Below are positions 11,456-25,159 of a stretch of 64,000 nt of DNA, piece by piece. Positions within the stretch are counted from its first letter, which is position 1; each line of letters begins with the position of its first letter. This DNA is from Octopus sinensis (taxonomy: Eukaryota). The notes below the pieces were generated by a model. The model searched no databases. It saw only the letters and a program-made list of their open reading frames with translations, and was not told the DNA's origin. The stretch is taken from assembly GCF_006345805.1 (NCBI RefSeq), contig NC_043009.1:37882001-37946000 (forward strand). Reading direction: 5' to 3'. Made by a program: the position numbers and the translations under genes.

Positions 11456-13568
11456 GTAGACATTTCTTTCTTCTAGCTGCACAGTGATGTGGGCTTCCTG
11501 TGTTTGTGGGAAGGTATGTTACCTACAATAGTCTGAGGGAAAAAACATTTCTTATCCATTTAACACTATAAAATTGCATCTACACCTCAAGGGGCTCATA
11601 ACATTAGCATTAAAAACCAAAAAAAAACAAACAAAAGCAATTCACTTATTTTGTAGTGCATAAAATGACAGCAGGCTTTTAGTTCTCTAAAGAGCTAGGG
11701 AGATTAAAAAAAAAACACAGAAGGTTTTTCAATATTTAAGCATCTACATCATTTATTCATAACAATTAAAATAAAAAATTTGAAAAAAAATTGTCAAATT
11801 TTAATTTGGATCTGAGCAGTTTTGTAAATGAAGCAAATATGTACAAAAGCAAAGGGGGGAAAAAAAGAAGCAAAAAAAGTTAAAGTAGGAACTTAATCAG
11901 GCGGAACCAAAGCAGTATACATTAAAATCAGAAACCAGGTGTTTCAATCTACAGTTGAAAGCTCAGCTTTTTATATGCCTCTGATGTAGCATTAGACTAC
12001 AAAGTTAGAGCAAATCACTCAGTAATGCTGTGAGGTCAATATATTCTAGCTAAGGATTTTAAGCAAAAAGCTTATGGTTGATTGGAGCATGAATTTTCAG
12101 GAGCGAGGTGGAAAAAAAAAAAAAAATTGATAAATGATAAATGGTTCTGAAATCAATATTTAAATTATGAAATAATGAGATGGAGTTTTATGTGTGGGCA
12201 TATGTGTGTATATGCATACTTTACACACGTACACACACCATCATCATTTAATGATTATACATAGGTGTTAATGGTGAAAAAAGACATTCGGGAAAGGATT
12301 ATTAGAAAGATTTTGAAAATATTAATCCATTGAAATATTCAATAGCTGACTGTGAATTTTATGGCAAAAGAATTTTCTTCAGAAATACTAAAAGAGAAAG
12401 AGATTAGAATTTTTAATTGTCTATTAACATTTTACTGCCAGCCCCTCGCCCCAATCCTCCACCTTTTCCAACAGTAATCTTTCGTTTCTTTTTCACTCGT
12501 AAAAAGGAAAAGTTAAGTTAATCTTATCTAATGAATGATGTGTGTTCATGCACGCGATCACGCCAACACGCACACAAATACATATATTCATGCACGTGTG
12601 CACAATAGCAATTCCGAGAGGATTAATATATTCCAAAGCTGGTTATTTTACTGAAAATATATATATATAAGAAAAATTTCAATTTGATTGACTGAATTTA
12701 TATAATGTTGCTGGTTGTGTTATTCTGTGTAAATAGAATCAACTTTTGGCAGCGAAGGTGTCATGACAGGAAAAATAGGTTGTGTGTGGGTGGTGGCAGG
12801 GGTATGTGTAGTGGTTTAGAGAATTTAAGTTGATGAGAATTGACAACATTTCATTATTAAGATTAAGGAACATATGATTACTTTACTGACAAGTCTTGTC
12901 ATATTGCCATAGAAACATCAACAGTTGGCTAAATGGCACCTGCTTGTCAGACTAATAGAAAATATGACAGGCAACGTCATCGCCAGAGACAGATGTATAA
13001 TCAAGGGAAATTTGATTAGATATAAATCCTTTCCTCTCATCAGCTTGGCTAAAAGAAAACAGAAGAACAGAACAAAAAAAACACCAAAAACAAAAACAGG
13101 AAACCTTTACCCGCCACCCCACAAGATCACTACCGCAGACCTATCTATCCAATAAATAGCTATTGTCACCATTGCTTATGTGTCAGTTTAAAAAACAGGA
13201 GATGATTATTGCAGGCAAATTTGTGGACAGTAAAACTAAACGAACAAGATCAAGAAGTGACAGAGAAAGCTGTTAAGAAAGCCAAACAGGTTAAAATAAG
13301 CAACGAAAAATTTTTCTCCCCATTTGATTAAATAGATAGCAATGATTCGTTTAATCCACAGAGCTATTACAGCTAACATCAAATTCTTAATATATTAAAA
13401 GCCATTCCGTCTACATGGTTGTTTCATTAGATTCAAGGCTAATTAATTTGTTAAAAAGACAAGAGTTATACTTCATTGGAATCAATTCCAGTATAAATAA
13501 TAATTTCTTTTATTGACTTGAAGAATGGGTCTTGTGTCTCAGAATTGAGAAGAAAGAAATTAAAGATA

Positions 13569-13966
13569 TAGGCGCAGGAGTGGCTGTGTGGTAAGTAGCT
13601 TGCTTACCAACCATATGGTTCCGGGTTCAGTCCCACTGCGTGGCATCTTGGGCAAGTGTCTTCTGCTATAGCCCCGGGACGACCAATGCCTTGTGAGTGG
13701 ATTTGGTAGACGGAAACTGAAAGAAGCCTGTCGTATATATATATATATATATATATATACGTATGTGTGTGTATGTTTGTCCCCCTAGCATTGCTTGACA
13801 ACCGATGCTGGTGTGTTTACATCCCGGTCACTTAGCGGTTCGGCAAAAGAGACGTGTAGAATAAGTACTGGGCTTACAAAGAATAAGTCCCGGGGTCGAT
13901 TTGCTCGACTAAAGGCGGTGCTCCAGCATGGCCGCAGTCAAATGACTGAAACGAGTAAAAGAGTAA
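13569..13966 (+). mobile_element. Family A SINE, full length
   Basis: Head aggagtggctgtgtggtaag...gggttcagtccc through tail aaaagagtaa. Confidence 0.92.
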
Positions 13967-14314
13967 CCTAATTATATATATTATAATAAACATTATTGAC
14001 TGCACATACTTAAAGTATGAGTTTTGCTTGTTTGTCAGTATGCTATAGTTTAGAATATTGGGGAAACCACCCTCAACTTGCCTCTAATCCCATTCAGGAG
14101 TGATGGATACTGCTATTTCACTATTGGGATTAGGGGCAAGTTGTCTTGCTTGTCTATCACTTTCAGGTGTTTTAACATCCAGTACTTTGAGGGAGTCATC
14201 TCCACTGTACTACACTGCAGCATACTGGCAAACAAGCAAAAACGCATACATTGAGTATATGCATCTGATAATGTTTACAACACTGCTTCTAATCATAATT
14301 GGATATATGTATAA

Positions 14315-14710
14315 TTTTACTAGTTTCAGTCATTTGACTGTGGCCATACTGGAGCACTGCCTTAAAGAGTTTTAGGCAAAGAAATTAACCCGAGGACTGA
14401 TTCTCTGTAAGCCTAGCACTTCGGTCACTTTTGTCGAACTGCTAAATTACAGGGGCATAAACACAGCAGCATCACTTGTCAAGTTATGGTGGGGGTGAAA
14501 CATACAGACACATACAAATACATATATATATATAATACACATACACACGACAGGCTTCTTTTAGTTTCTGTCTACCAAATCCACTCACAAGGCTTTAGTT
14601 GGCCTGAGGCTATAGTAGAAGACACTTGCCCAAGGTACCAAGTAGTGAGAGTGAACCCAGAACCATGTGGTTGGGAAGTAAGCTTATTACCATAGTCATG
14701 CCTGCATCTA
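14315..14710 (-). mobile_element. Family A SINE, older copy
   Basis: Diverged match to the family A consensus. Confidence 0.8.
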
Positions 14711-14764
14711 TATGTATGTATGTATGTATATATATATATATATATATATATCTATATCTATACT

Positions 14765-15096
14765 GCAGCCATGCTGGAGCACCGCCTTTAGTCAAGCAAA
14801 TCGGCCCCAGGACTTATTCTTTGTAAGCCTAGTACTTATTTTACCGGTCTCTTTAGCCGAACCACTAAGTTACGGGGATGTAAACACACCAGCATCAGTT
14901 GTCAGAGGGGACAAACATACACACACGTACATATATATGACGGGCTTCTTTCAGTTTCTATCTACCAAATCCACTCATAAGGCTTTGGTCAGCTCGAGGC
15001 AATAGTAGAAGACAGTTGCCCAAGGTGCAACGCAGTGGGACTGAACCCGGAACCATGTGGTTGGTAAGCAAGCTACTTACCACACAGCCACTCCTG
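14765..15096 (-). mobile_element. Family A SINE
   Basis: Matches the family A consensus. Confidence 0.9.
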
Positions 15097-15201
15097 TATA
15101 TGCTAATGGTATGCTAATGATTTCACCAGCTCCTGGTATGCTAATGATTTCACCATCTTACCACCTTACTACTACTACTTCTACAAATAATATTAATAAT
15201 G

Positions 15202-15249
<48 letters not shown>

Positions 15250-16240
15250 GGAATTGTTTATAATTAGGTATATTTTCTACTGAACCTATTCCAACACAGA
15301 GAAAACATCCATTAAAGTAGCAGTCATGATGATGATGACGATGATGACACCAATGATGATGTCAAAAGTGCACCAAACTATTGCTGAGAAAGTCAGCTTT
15401 CTTGTGAAGAAAAAAGGAATTTTTTTTTTAATAACACAAAGCAACAAAGTTGCAGTTATTAATTCTAAAATTAATAAATTAATTAAAAATGTGAGAATGA
15501 CTTAGGTTTAGAAATAATTATTGAAATATAAAAACAGAAGAAAACTAGCAATGATATATTGAAAAATATTATTAATTGCTTTTGTTAAAAATGGTAACGA
15601 AATATTGATCGAATGAATATTTGTGTAGTTTATTTTTCTTTTTTTTTTTTGATCACATAGAGATTACTTTATTTATGGTAAACTACCAGCAAATATTTTT
15701 GCTTGTTTTATAACAGAAATTCATCTGAACGGAGAAGTTGTTCTCTGAAGGCAAAATACAAAAGAGATTAACTTATTCACATTCAAATCTGCTTGGAACA
15801 TGTTAAGAATGAATATGTTCATCATCGTTTTCATTCTTGCTGTTTCATCTGCGCATAATAATTTATTGTCAACTTGACAGACATCAATACACATCAGCAA
15901 ATAATTTGTTTGCTGAATTTCTATCAAGGACCATGATCCACAATTACATATTTAGATTTAGAGATCTGAGGGAAGTTGAAGAGATACAATGAGGTTGAAA
16001 CAGTATTATTTCAAAGTCCCCCTACATCACTGAATTGAGTGTGTTGTTCAACATACATTGTGAGAAGGGAGAAGTTGGGCTCTGAAAGTGAGATACAACA
16101 GTTAACATATTCATGCTCATATCAACTGGAACATGTTAAAAATGAATATATATATGCAGACTATGCCAGCATGGTATATGGATGCATGATGATGATGATG
16201 ATGATAACGATATCATTATTTAATAATTTATTATTATTAT

Positions 16241-16782
16241 TGAGTGAGAGAGCAGTGCATGCCATCAAAGTGACACTGGGGTACAAATATATGAAGCCCA
16301 ATATACCTACCAGGCACATGTATCACAACCATATGTGAGTAACATGGTGATCTCATATTAGGATAAACAGTGCATTACCTTATAGGTGGGGCCCAGTTAG
16401 AATTTTCTTCAAGTTGAGTAGCCCATCCTGCTCAAAAGGTCCCTAAATAAGGTTTGTTTAAGGATGATGAACAGAATACCTACGTTTCCAGAGATGAATT
16501 ATTCAAACACTAAAGAATTCCTCTCAACACATGGCTATGATGCTCCGCCACATAGCAACACATGGCTATGATGCTCTGTACGTGATCAGAAATATACATA
16601 TCATCAGCCACTAAGGAAAATGCTCAACTGGTTAAGGTCAAGCAACTGACAAGCAAATCTGTGGTATTGAGCAGAATATTTGCTGTAACCTATCTTTTAT
16701 ACCAAGATGAATAAATGTACATGATAACACTTCCAATCAGTTAAGATCAAAAGCCACGAGAGTCAGTGCCTGGTACTGCATC
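16241..16782. repeat. Unclassified ~540-bp interspersed-repeat-like segment between (ATT)n tracts
   Basis: Bounded by ttattatta on both sides; no ORF; contains an internal 21-bp duplication; single copy in this window. Confidence 0.3.
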
Positions 16783-16797
16783 ATTATTATTACTCCT

Positions 16798-17015
16798 AAG
16801 GCAGTGAGCTGGCAGAATTGTTTGCATGCCAGGCAAAATGCTTTCCAGCATTTCGTCCGTCTTAATGTTCTGAGTTCAAATTCCACTGAGGTCAACTTTG
16901 CCTTTCATCCTTTTGGGGTTGATAAATTGAGTACCAGTCAAGAACTGAGGTCAATGTGATTGACTATCACCTTCCCCACAAATTTCAGGCCTTGTGCCTA
17001 AAGTAGAAAAGATTA
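16798..17015 (+). mobile_element. Family M SINE
   Basis: ggcagtgagctggcagaat...gagttcaaattcc...gcctttcatccttttggggttgataaattgagtacc. Confidence 0.85.
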
Positions 17016-17210
17016 TTTCTTTTTTAATTTTTTGCTTTCAATTGTCTTGTCTGAAGAAATCTGCTTTTTGAATAGCTTATTGTATTCTTGTATACACTTT
17101 TTCTTTTTTATACACATGGGATGGTTTTTACTATATTCTTTCATATTTTCAAAATTAAATGAAAGAAAATCATTGTATTTTAAGAGAAATGAGGTATCCA
17201 AAGGGCTTAA

Positions 17211-17752
17211 ACCTTTAGCATTCAAACTGGCCATATCTAGCCCAAATATTCTATCCGTTTAATGCTATCAAACCAGCCATATCCGTGGAGGCACATGACC
17301 TAGTGGTTAGAGCAGCAGACTCGCGGTCGAGGGATCGCGGGTTCGAATCTCAGACCGGGCGATGGGTGTGTTTATGAGCGAAACACCTAAGCTCCACGTG
17401 ACTCCAGCAGAAGGTAATGGCGAACCTATGCTGACTCTTTCGCCACAACTTTCTCTCACTCTTTCCTCCTGCATCTTGCAGCTCACCTGCGACGGACCGG
17501 CGAACCGTCCAGGTGGGGAACCTATACGCCAATGAAACCGGGAAACTGGCCCTTATGAGCCAGGCATGGCTCGAGAAGGAACAAACAACAAACAGCCATA
17601 TCTGGTTTCCCACACCTATTCTACAATGCCATTCTAAAAATAAAACAATTACATCATTGAAATCTCAAAGCTATGAGATAATGCATGATTAACTTAAAAT
17701 GGTGTGAATAAATAAGCACTATGTCTGAAAGAGTAATCTGAATGCTAACAGG
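17211..17752. mobile_element. piggyBac-type MITE, family 2, with nested SINE
   Basis: TTAA-ACCTTTAGCATTC ... GAATGCTAACAGG-TTAA; matches the uninterrupted copy at 24310-24529. Confidence 0.8.
17285..17592 (+). mobile_element. Family C SINE, young copy with TSD
   Basis: CpG-rich tRNA-like head (B box gggttcgaatc); ctgcgacggaccggcg...gtccagg block; (AAC)n-like tail; TSD cagccatatc. Confidence 0.88.
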
Positions 17753-18544
17753 TTAAACATTTCAATTTTAAAAGGAAAGCAAAAATGGGTTAAATTTTAG
17801 TAATGATTCTAATTCATAGTGTTTTATTCTGAAGGAAAACTGACATTTCCTGATGATAGCCTAAGTGTAGGTGAAGCATTTTTTCTAACACAGTTCTGTT
17901 ATTGACTACAGATGGAGTTATATTTTAAAACAAGTATTACAGGACAGCCGAAATACCTGAATGCATAGAAAAAGCCGCACTCTTCCCAAGACTACATTCC
18001 AGCATTAAACATTAACAGTCTGAAAAGCTAAGTTGATTACATGACAACCTAAACGACTTGCCAATGCCCTACAAAAACAATTTTAATTGACAAGCCAGAT
18101 ATCTTAATAATTTTTCTATCTTAAGCTCTATGCAGAAAATAACAATTTCCATACAAACAGGTTGTAGAGATTATAAAAAGAAAACAGAAGGCTGATTAAG
18201 ACCAAGGGCTGATTTCCTGCTATTTTAAAATCACTGATTAAAAAACATCAGACAGGATCAGCTACAAAATTGTAAAATGAGATTTTTATAAGTTACCAAC
18301 CACCACATCAGTTCTGTTTTTAAGTCTATGATAATACTACAAAGACAATCAACATTTTACTGAGTTATTTCAAGCAAAAGCAAGTGACATGTTAAGCATG
18401 TTGCCCAGTGAAAAACCCAGCAGTGGATTCCGGATAATTTAGAAAATTATGTTGGAAGTTTCACTTCATTAAATGTTGGCAGTTAAATTCAAAATTGTAA
18501 TAATCTAACTAACCTTTCTCTCTCATATATATATATATATATAT

Positions 18545-18990
18545 ATCATCATCATCATTTAATGTCCGTTTTCCATGCTAGCATGGGTTGGACGGTTTGA
18601 CTGGGGTCTGGTAAGCCATGAAGGCTGCACCAGGCTCCAGTCTGGTTTGGCAGTGTTTCTACAACTGGATGCCCTTCCTAATGCCAACCACTCCGTGAGT
18701 GTAGTGGGTGTTTTTTACGTGCCACCGGTACAGGGCCGGAAGAGGCTGGCAAACGGCAACGATCGGTTGGTGCTTTTACGTGTCACCGACACGGACGCCA
18801 GTCAGGCAGCGCTGGCATCTGCCACGTTTGGACAGTGCTTTTTACGTGTCATCGGCACAGGTGTCTTAACTACAATTTCCATTTGATTTTTATTTTGATA
18901 TTGGTGTTGACGTACTTGACTCAATAGGTCTCCTCGAGAACAGTGGGTCGCTCTACGATCCAAGGTTAGCGCAGCAGGCCGTCCTGCGAG
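18545..18990 (-). mobile_element. RTE-type 3' end with internal tandem units
   Basis: (CAT)n, then gttttccatgctagcatgggttggacgg, then three gtgcttttacgtg units. Confidence 0.8.
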
Positions 18991-19154
18991 CCATGAACTT
19001 ATATATATATATATATGTATATATATATCTGTATATCACTGGACCAACCAGGCTATCAGATGTTGTTATACACCACTGATTACAGTGTGCTTCCTAGCAA
19101 TGCTTTAGCTTTCAAATGATGCCATCCGCTGGCTAAGTGAGCAGGCCAACATTT

Positions 19155-19320
19155 CTTTGAATGGAATGCCTGTCCATTGCAAGGTTAACCCATTTACAGC
19201 TGAGTGGACTGGAGTAACATGAAATGTTTGCTTAAGAACACAATACATTGCCAGTCAGAATTGAAACCATGATCTTGTGATTATGAGTGCAACACCCTAA
19301 CTGCTAGGTCACATGCTGTG
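19155..19320 (-). mobile_element. Family C SINE, degenerate
   Basis: cagctgagtggactggag...caccctaactgctagg. Confidence 0.65.
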
Positions 19321-19616
19321 GTATATCTATATCTAAATATAAACACTTAAATGTATTATCTCTTATAGCAGAAACAGCTATAAGCCAATGAAGTTCATTA
19401 CATAAATTCTTGTTCCCTTGTCATTTATATAATCTCCAAACTATTTATGTACACCCACCTGCCTGTCTATATACACCCATCTATCTATCTGTATACGCTC
19501 ATCTATCTACCTGTATACACCAGTCTGTCTACATCTATCTATTTAAATTCTACACCTATCTATTTATCTAAATATATAATACCTTTCTATGTATAACTAT
19601 CTTTTCATCGATCTAA

Positions 19617-19648
<32 letters not shown>

Positions 19649-19719
19649 ATATATGTGTATATTTATCTATCTATATATATAAGTATGTATGTATGTATGT
19701 ATGTACGTATGTATGTGTG

Positions 19720-19754
<35 letters not shown>

Positions 19755-20751
19755 ATACATACACATATCTTTCTATGTATAACTATCTGTCAGTCTGTTG
19801 ATCTAAATATATATATACATACACATGTGTGTTTTTTAATACAGCATATTACAAAAAATATTTGTAGACTATTTTAAAAACCAGCAAACAATTTATTCTT
19901 TCACAAAAGATTCTATCCAGAATCAATTTCCAATTGCAAATGAAGAGATCATGTTTGTTTACTGTCAAAATAAGATGGTGAAAAAAAATGAAAATCATTG
20001 AATACTCTAAGTCGTGTGTCTACCTTTCCTTCTGAAGTGGTATATCAGCAAAGAAGTCAACACTACATTAAGTTGACATTTCAATTATTCTGCACTGGAG
20101 TTTGATTTACCTGAACCGACATGGTATTAGTTACACTTGGACTTGTACAAAGTTTACAAATAAATGAAGCAAAGTTTGCAAATAAAATTATTTATCATAG
20201 AAAGAAATATCCAGTAAATTTGTACTATGCCGCCTAGCCATTAAATCACACATAATTTATTCTAGTTAGGCTATAAAAGTTACTTAAGACTGTAATGAAT
20301 AAAGCTTTAACTCTTTGTTAACATGTTATTGTCTAGTAAAAGATCGAAATCAGTGCCAATGTTTGGAAAATAATTTAGATATTTTCAACTGGAAAATCTT
20401 ATCTCAGTTTCCATGAATGAAAATGACTGACCATAAAAAAAACAACAACAACAATAACAACAACTTTATTATAATATATATAATAGAATCCTATTTCAGT
20501 ATTACTCTGTCAAGTCAGACCATCTGGTCAGCTTATTGTTTCAGTCGGTTCCCCTCTGCCACCATCCGAGCCCTCTCCACCCCTATGTTTTCTACAGCAT
20601 CTTCTTTGTCTTCTTTACCTTTTCCAAATCTCACTCTGAAAACCATTATCCGCTAATGGGGGTCATAAATCAACAGAAGTCAAATAATGTAGGGAGGGAG
20701 AATTATGGTTATCAGTTCAGTTTTTCAAAGTTATCTTTTCTTCTAATGAGG

Positions 20752-20792
<41 letters not shown>

Positions 20793-20896
20793 TACATATA
20801 TATACACATACATCTCTCTCTCTCTAACTACACACACACATATATATGAGAGTATGTATGTATGCAAAAAAAAAAAAACAATGCATGCTAAAATAT

Positions 20897-20969
20897 CTAC
20901 AGTGGTAACTGGTGGGGGTTTTCCATCCTCTTGGTAATGTTATCGTGAGATAAGCAGTCATTACAAGAC
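20897..20969 (-). CDS. Candidate terminal coding exon of an unidentified gene (SCNDCLSHDNITKRMENPHQLPL*)
   Basis: Strong acceptor ggtgttttgtcttgcag; phase 2 matches the exon at 23040; TAG stop. Confidence 0.35.
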
Positions 20970-21407
20970 CTGCAAGACAAAACACCCCAAAATGCACAAG
21001 AGAACAAAAGCTTCTACACTGTTATGTTATGGGAATACAAGAAAGAAAAAAAAAAAGAAAAAAAAAATCTGAGGCTATTTCTGCATCAGTTTATAAAGTT
21101 TTAAAGATATTATTAGAAACATGAAGAAAAAAAAAAAGCATCATAAAATTTATATAATCATAAGGCTTCAATGAAAGAAATATATCTTAAAGATTCATGT
21201 GCATGTGCTGTAGGAGCAGGTATGGTTCTATGGTCAAGAAGTTTGTTTCATGACCAAATGTCTTTTACTTCAGCTCCACAGGTCGAACAAAGCCTCTTGT
21301 GAGTGAATTTGGTAGATGTAAAGTAAAAGAAGCACATAGTGTGGATGTATATATGTCTGCCTGTGTATTCATGTATGAATGCATGAATCTTTATGTAAGT
21401 GTGTGTG

Positions 21408-21462
<55 letters not shown>

Positions 21463-21471
21463 TTTTCTCTT

Positions 21472-21895
21472 TTCTCTCTTTTACTGGTTTCAGTCATTTG
21501 ACTGTGACCATGCTGGAGCACTGCCTTTAGTCGAGCAAATCATACATCCCTGACTCTGCTTAGGACATATTCTTTGTAAGCCTAGTACTTCTTCTATCGG
21601 TCTCATTTGCCGAACCGCTAAGTTACGGGGACGTAAACACACCAGCATCGGTTGTCAAGCGATGTTGGGGGGACAAACACAGATACACAAACATATACGC
21701 ACACATATACATACATATATATATATATATATATATGATGGGCTTCTTTCAGTTTCCGTCTACCAAATCCACTCACAAGGCTTTGGTCAGCCCGAGGCTA
21801 TAGTAGAAGACACCAAGATGCCACACAGTGAGAATGAACCCGGAACCATGTGGTTGGTAAGCAACCTACTTACCACACAGCCACTCCTACGCCTA
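21472..21895 (-). mobile_element. Family A SINE
   Basis: Matches the family A consensus. Confidence 0.9.
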
Positions 21896-22294
21896 ATCAT
21901 TGTTTAACATCTGCTCACAATGACGGTGATATATATAATATACACACACACACACACACACAAGCTCATAAAGAAAATCTAGTCTACATCGTAGGATGCA
22001 AATGAAATTGCAGTTAATGTATCACAGTTCTCCTTCTCCTAGAGAAATCAAATACTAAACAAAGACTAGAAACCACTCACTCTCAGCTGTTGGATGGCTG
22101 TTCACTCTACAGAGTTCATCTGCCCTTTGTCAGGTTTTTGTCTCTCCTATGTAAACCACTCTCCCAACCAAATAAACTTTGTAGAGTTATCGGTTTAGTT
22201 TCCAATGTCCTGACCATGCAACAGGTTGTACTCGGTTATATATGTACATGTGTCTGTGAGTGTATGTGCATACACACAAGCACACACATATACA

Positions 22295-22630
22295 CATGAC
22301 AGGTTTCCACATAGTTTCTGTCTACTAAATTCACTTACAAGGCATTGATTGGGCCAGGGCTATTGTAGAAGACACTGGCCCAAGGTGTTGTGCAGTGGAA
22401 CTGGACCCCAAGTCATTTGGTTGCAAAACAAACTTCTTAATCACACATCCCTGACTCTACCTGAGAAGTATATTTCATTTTCCCGATACCAAATTCACTC
22501 AAAAGTCTACAGTGCACCTGGGGTCATAGCAGAAGACATTTGCTCAAGGTACTGCACAGCAGGACTGAACCTGGAACCACATGGATGGGAAGCAAACTTC
22601 TTAACCACTTGGTCGTGTGTATGTTTGTCC
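22295..22630 (-). mobile_element. Two degenerate family A 5' halves
   Basis: cacttacaaggcattg...gaagacactggcccaagg occurs twice. Confidence 0.6.
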
Positions 22631-23039
22631 TAAGTGTGAGTTGGTATTATTGAAGGCAACATCTAGATACCATCATAAGCACACTTAGATACCTTGGCAA
22701 TAAACTACTAAAATACCCATCTCTTTCCATATAGAGACACAAAAATCTATACACAGTACTTACTTATATGGCTGACTAAAAGCTTACATCAATAAAACTG
22801 TAAATGAAAGTCTCTTAATCTGTCCAAAATAACCTTTGATATAAATATAGAGAGAAAAAAAAAGGCAACAATAGCCAAATTTTAATGAAAAGATGTGTAC
22901 CTGAAAAGAACCAAATAAAAGGATGGGTGGGGGATGGAATAAAAAAACAAAAACAACCTAGTGTCACTGAGAACCCTTTGCTCTGAGAATATTTATTTTC
23001 AGGAGAAGCTTTTATAACCACTGAAAGGGTTATGTTTAC

Positions 23040-23084
23040 CTTAGATTCTGTTTGAAGTTTTTGTATGTCGATTTGTTATAGGGG
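23040..23084 (-). CDS. Candidate 45-nt internal exon (PYNKSTYKNFKQNLR)
   Basis: Acceptor ctttcattttccag, donor AG|gtaaac, open in phase 2-2. Confidence 0.4.
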
Positions 23085-23480
23085 CTGGAAAATGAAAGCC
23101 ACTCAAGCACAACATACAAAATAATCAATAAACTAGGAAGATAAAAGCAGAAAAGGTTACTAGTGAGCCTTAAATATAAAACTCCCTGAAAAACAAAAAA
23201 GCAATTTTTTTTTTTAGTTCCCCCCCCCACCATCTCATTTTTCCTACCAGCCTTAAAATGCTTTCAAACATTTGTGAGAATCAAAAGCAAATTCAACAGT
23301 TGAAAGCCAGAGTATACATTGAAAGTACATTAACCTCAGTAAATTCTTAAATGATGACTATTAAATTTTTAACGAGTATGATGGCTATATATATATATAT
23401 ATATATATAAAAGTTTAGGACCTGGTTAAATAAAATTTCATTCTTGAAATCACATTTTAGTTCCTTAATAATACTATTTC

Positions 23481-23691
23481 TCTTTACTCTTTCACTTGTT
23501 TCAGTCATTTGACTTCGGCCATGCTAGAGCACCACCTTTAGTCGAGCAAATTGACCCCAGGACTTATTCTTCGTAAGACTAGTACTTATTCTATCAGTGT
23601 CTTTTGCCGAACTGCTAAGTTATGGGGACATAAACACACCATCATCGGTTGTCAAGCGATGTTGCGGGGACAAACACAGACACACAAACAT

Positions 23692-23746
<55 letters not shown>

Positions 23747-23914
23747 TATATACGACGGGCTTCTTTCAGTTTCTGTCTACCAAATCCACTCAAGGCTTTG
23801 GTCGGTCTGAAGCTATAGTAGAAGATGCTTGCCCAAGGTGTCACGCAGTGGGACTGAACCCGGAACCATGTGGTTGGTAAGCAACCTACTTACCACACAG
23901 CCACTCCTACGCCT
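23481..23914 (-). mobile_element. Family A SINE
   Basis: Matches the family A consensus. Confidence 0.9.
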
Positions 23915-23935
23915 TTTTCGTGAAAAATATTTTAT

Positions 23936-24304
23936 CTTTTACTTTTATCCTTTACTTTGTTTTAGTCACTGGGAGCTCAGCCATGCTGGAACACCACCTT
24001 GATGGGTTTAGTTGGATAAATTGATCCCAGTATTTAATTTTAAGTGTGGCACTAACTCTATTGGACTCTTTTGCTGAACTGCTAGGTTATGGGGACTACA
24101 AACAAACAGTGCACGGAGAGGAACACAAAGCCACACACACACACAATGGGGTTTCACAGAGTTTCCCTCTACCAAATTCACTTTCAAGGCATTGGTTGTC
24201 CTGGAACTATAGTAGAAGAGACATATTCAAGGTGCAAAGCAATGAGATTGAACCTGAAACCATGCTGTTGCAAAGTGAGCTTCTCAACCATGTAGCCATG
24301 CCTG
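23936..24304 (-). mobile_element. Family A-like SINE, old copy
   Basis: Diverged match over the full length. Confidence 0.65.
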
Positions 24305-24309
24305 TTTAA

Positions 24310-24529
24310 CCCTTTAACATTTAAACCGGCCATATCCGGCCCCAATGGTCTACCTGTTTTATGTTCAAACTGGCCAGATCCAGTCTCTCCCACTTACCCT
24401 ACAATGTCCTTCTAAAATTAAATGGTTACATTTTCAAAATCTTGAAGCTACAAGATAATACGTGATTAATTTTTTAAAATATAAATACATAAACATTACA
24501 TTTGATAAATTAATCTGAATGCTAAAGGG
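24310..24529. mobile_element. piggyBac-type MITE, family 2
   Basis: TTAA-CCCTTTAACATT ... AATGCTAAAGGG-TTAA. Confidence 0.85.
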
Positions 24530-25159
24530 TTAAACATATTTGGTAATAATATATTTCTTCTATGCAACCTCACTATTTTGCCACAGAAAAGAAAAAAAAA
24601 AGATAAACAAGCAAAAAAAACAGCATGATTTTTCTGTGCTATTTGGCATCAGTTTAATGAGGTGTATAAAGGAAGGGAAGCTAAATGGGAGACATGAGTT
24701 CAAATGCACTCATCAACACAGGCATAGCTGTGGGGTTAAGAGGTTTGCTTTGCAACCAAGTGGCTTTGGGTTCAGTCCCACAGCACAGTAACTTGGGCAA
24801 GTGTCCAAAGTCTTGTAAGTGAATTTGGAGGACATAACTTGTTGAAAACCTATCATATGTGTGTGTGTGTGTGTGTGTATATTTACATTTTGCACTCTTC
24901 TTATGAAAATTGCTGAGCCACAGATTGTGATGCTGTTGACATTTTCTTGTTAATAAATCATCTAATAGTTCTGCATTTTTGAAAGCAAATGGAATTAAAA
25001 ATCCCCCACTTGTTTACACCACAGGAGTAGAACTTATTTTATTTTGGTGGTTTATATTAAATACAAAAGGGGCCATATTCTCCATTAGTTTTGTTTAGAT
25101 AACAGGACCTTATCCTTTTGAATAGGTTTGAGATAAAGATAGGGCAAGGCAGAGAGTAT

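Noticed and set aside
17285-17360. tRNA gene
   Set aside because: It has A/B boxes and an Arg-like loop, but continues into a SINE body with tail and TSD and lacks a clean cloverleaf acceptor stem
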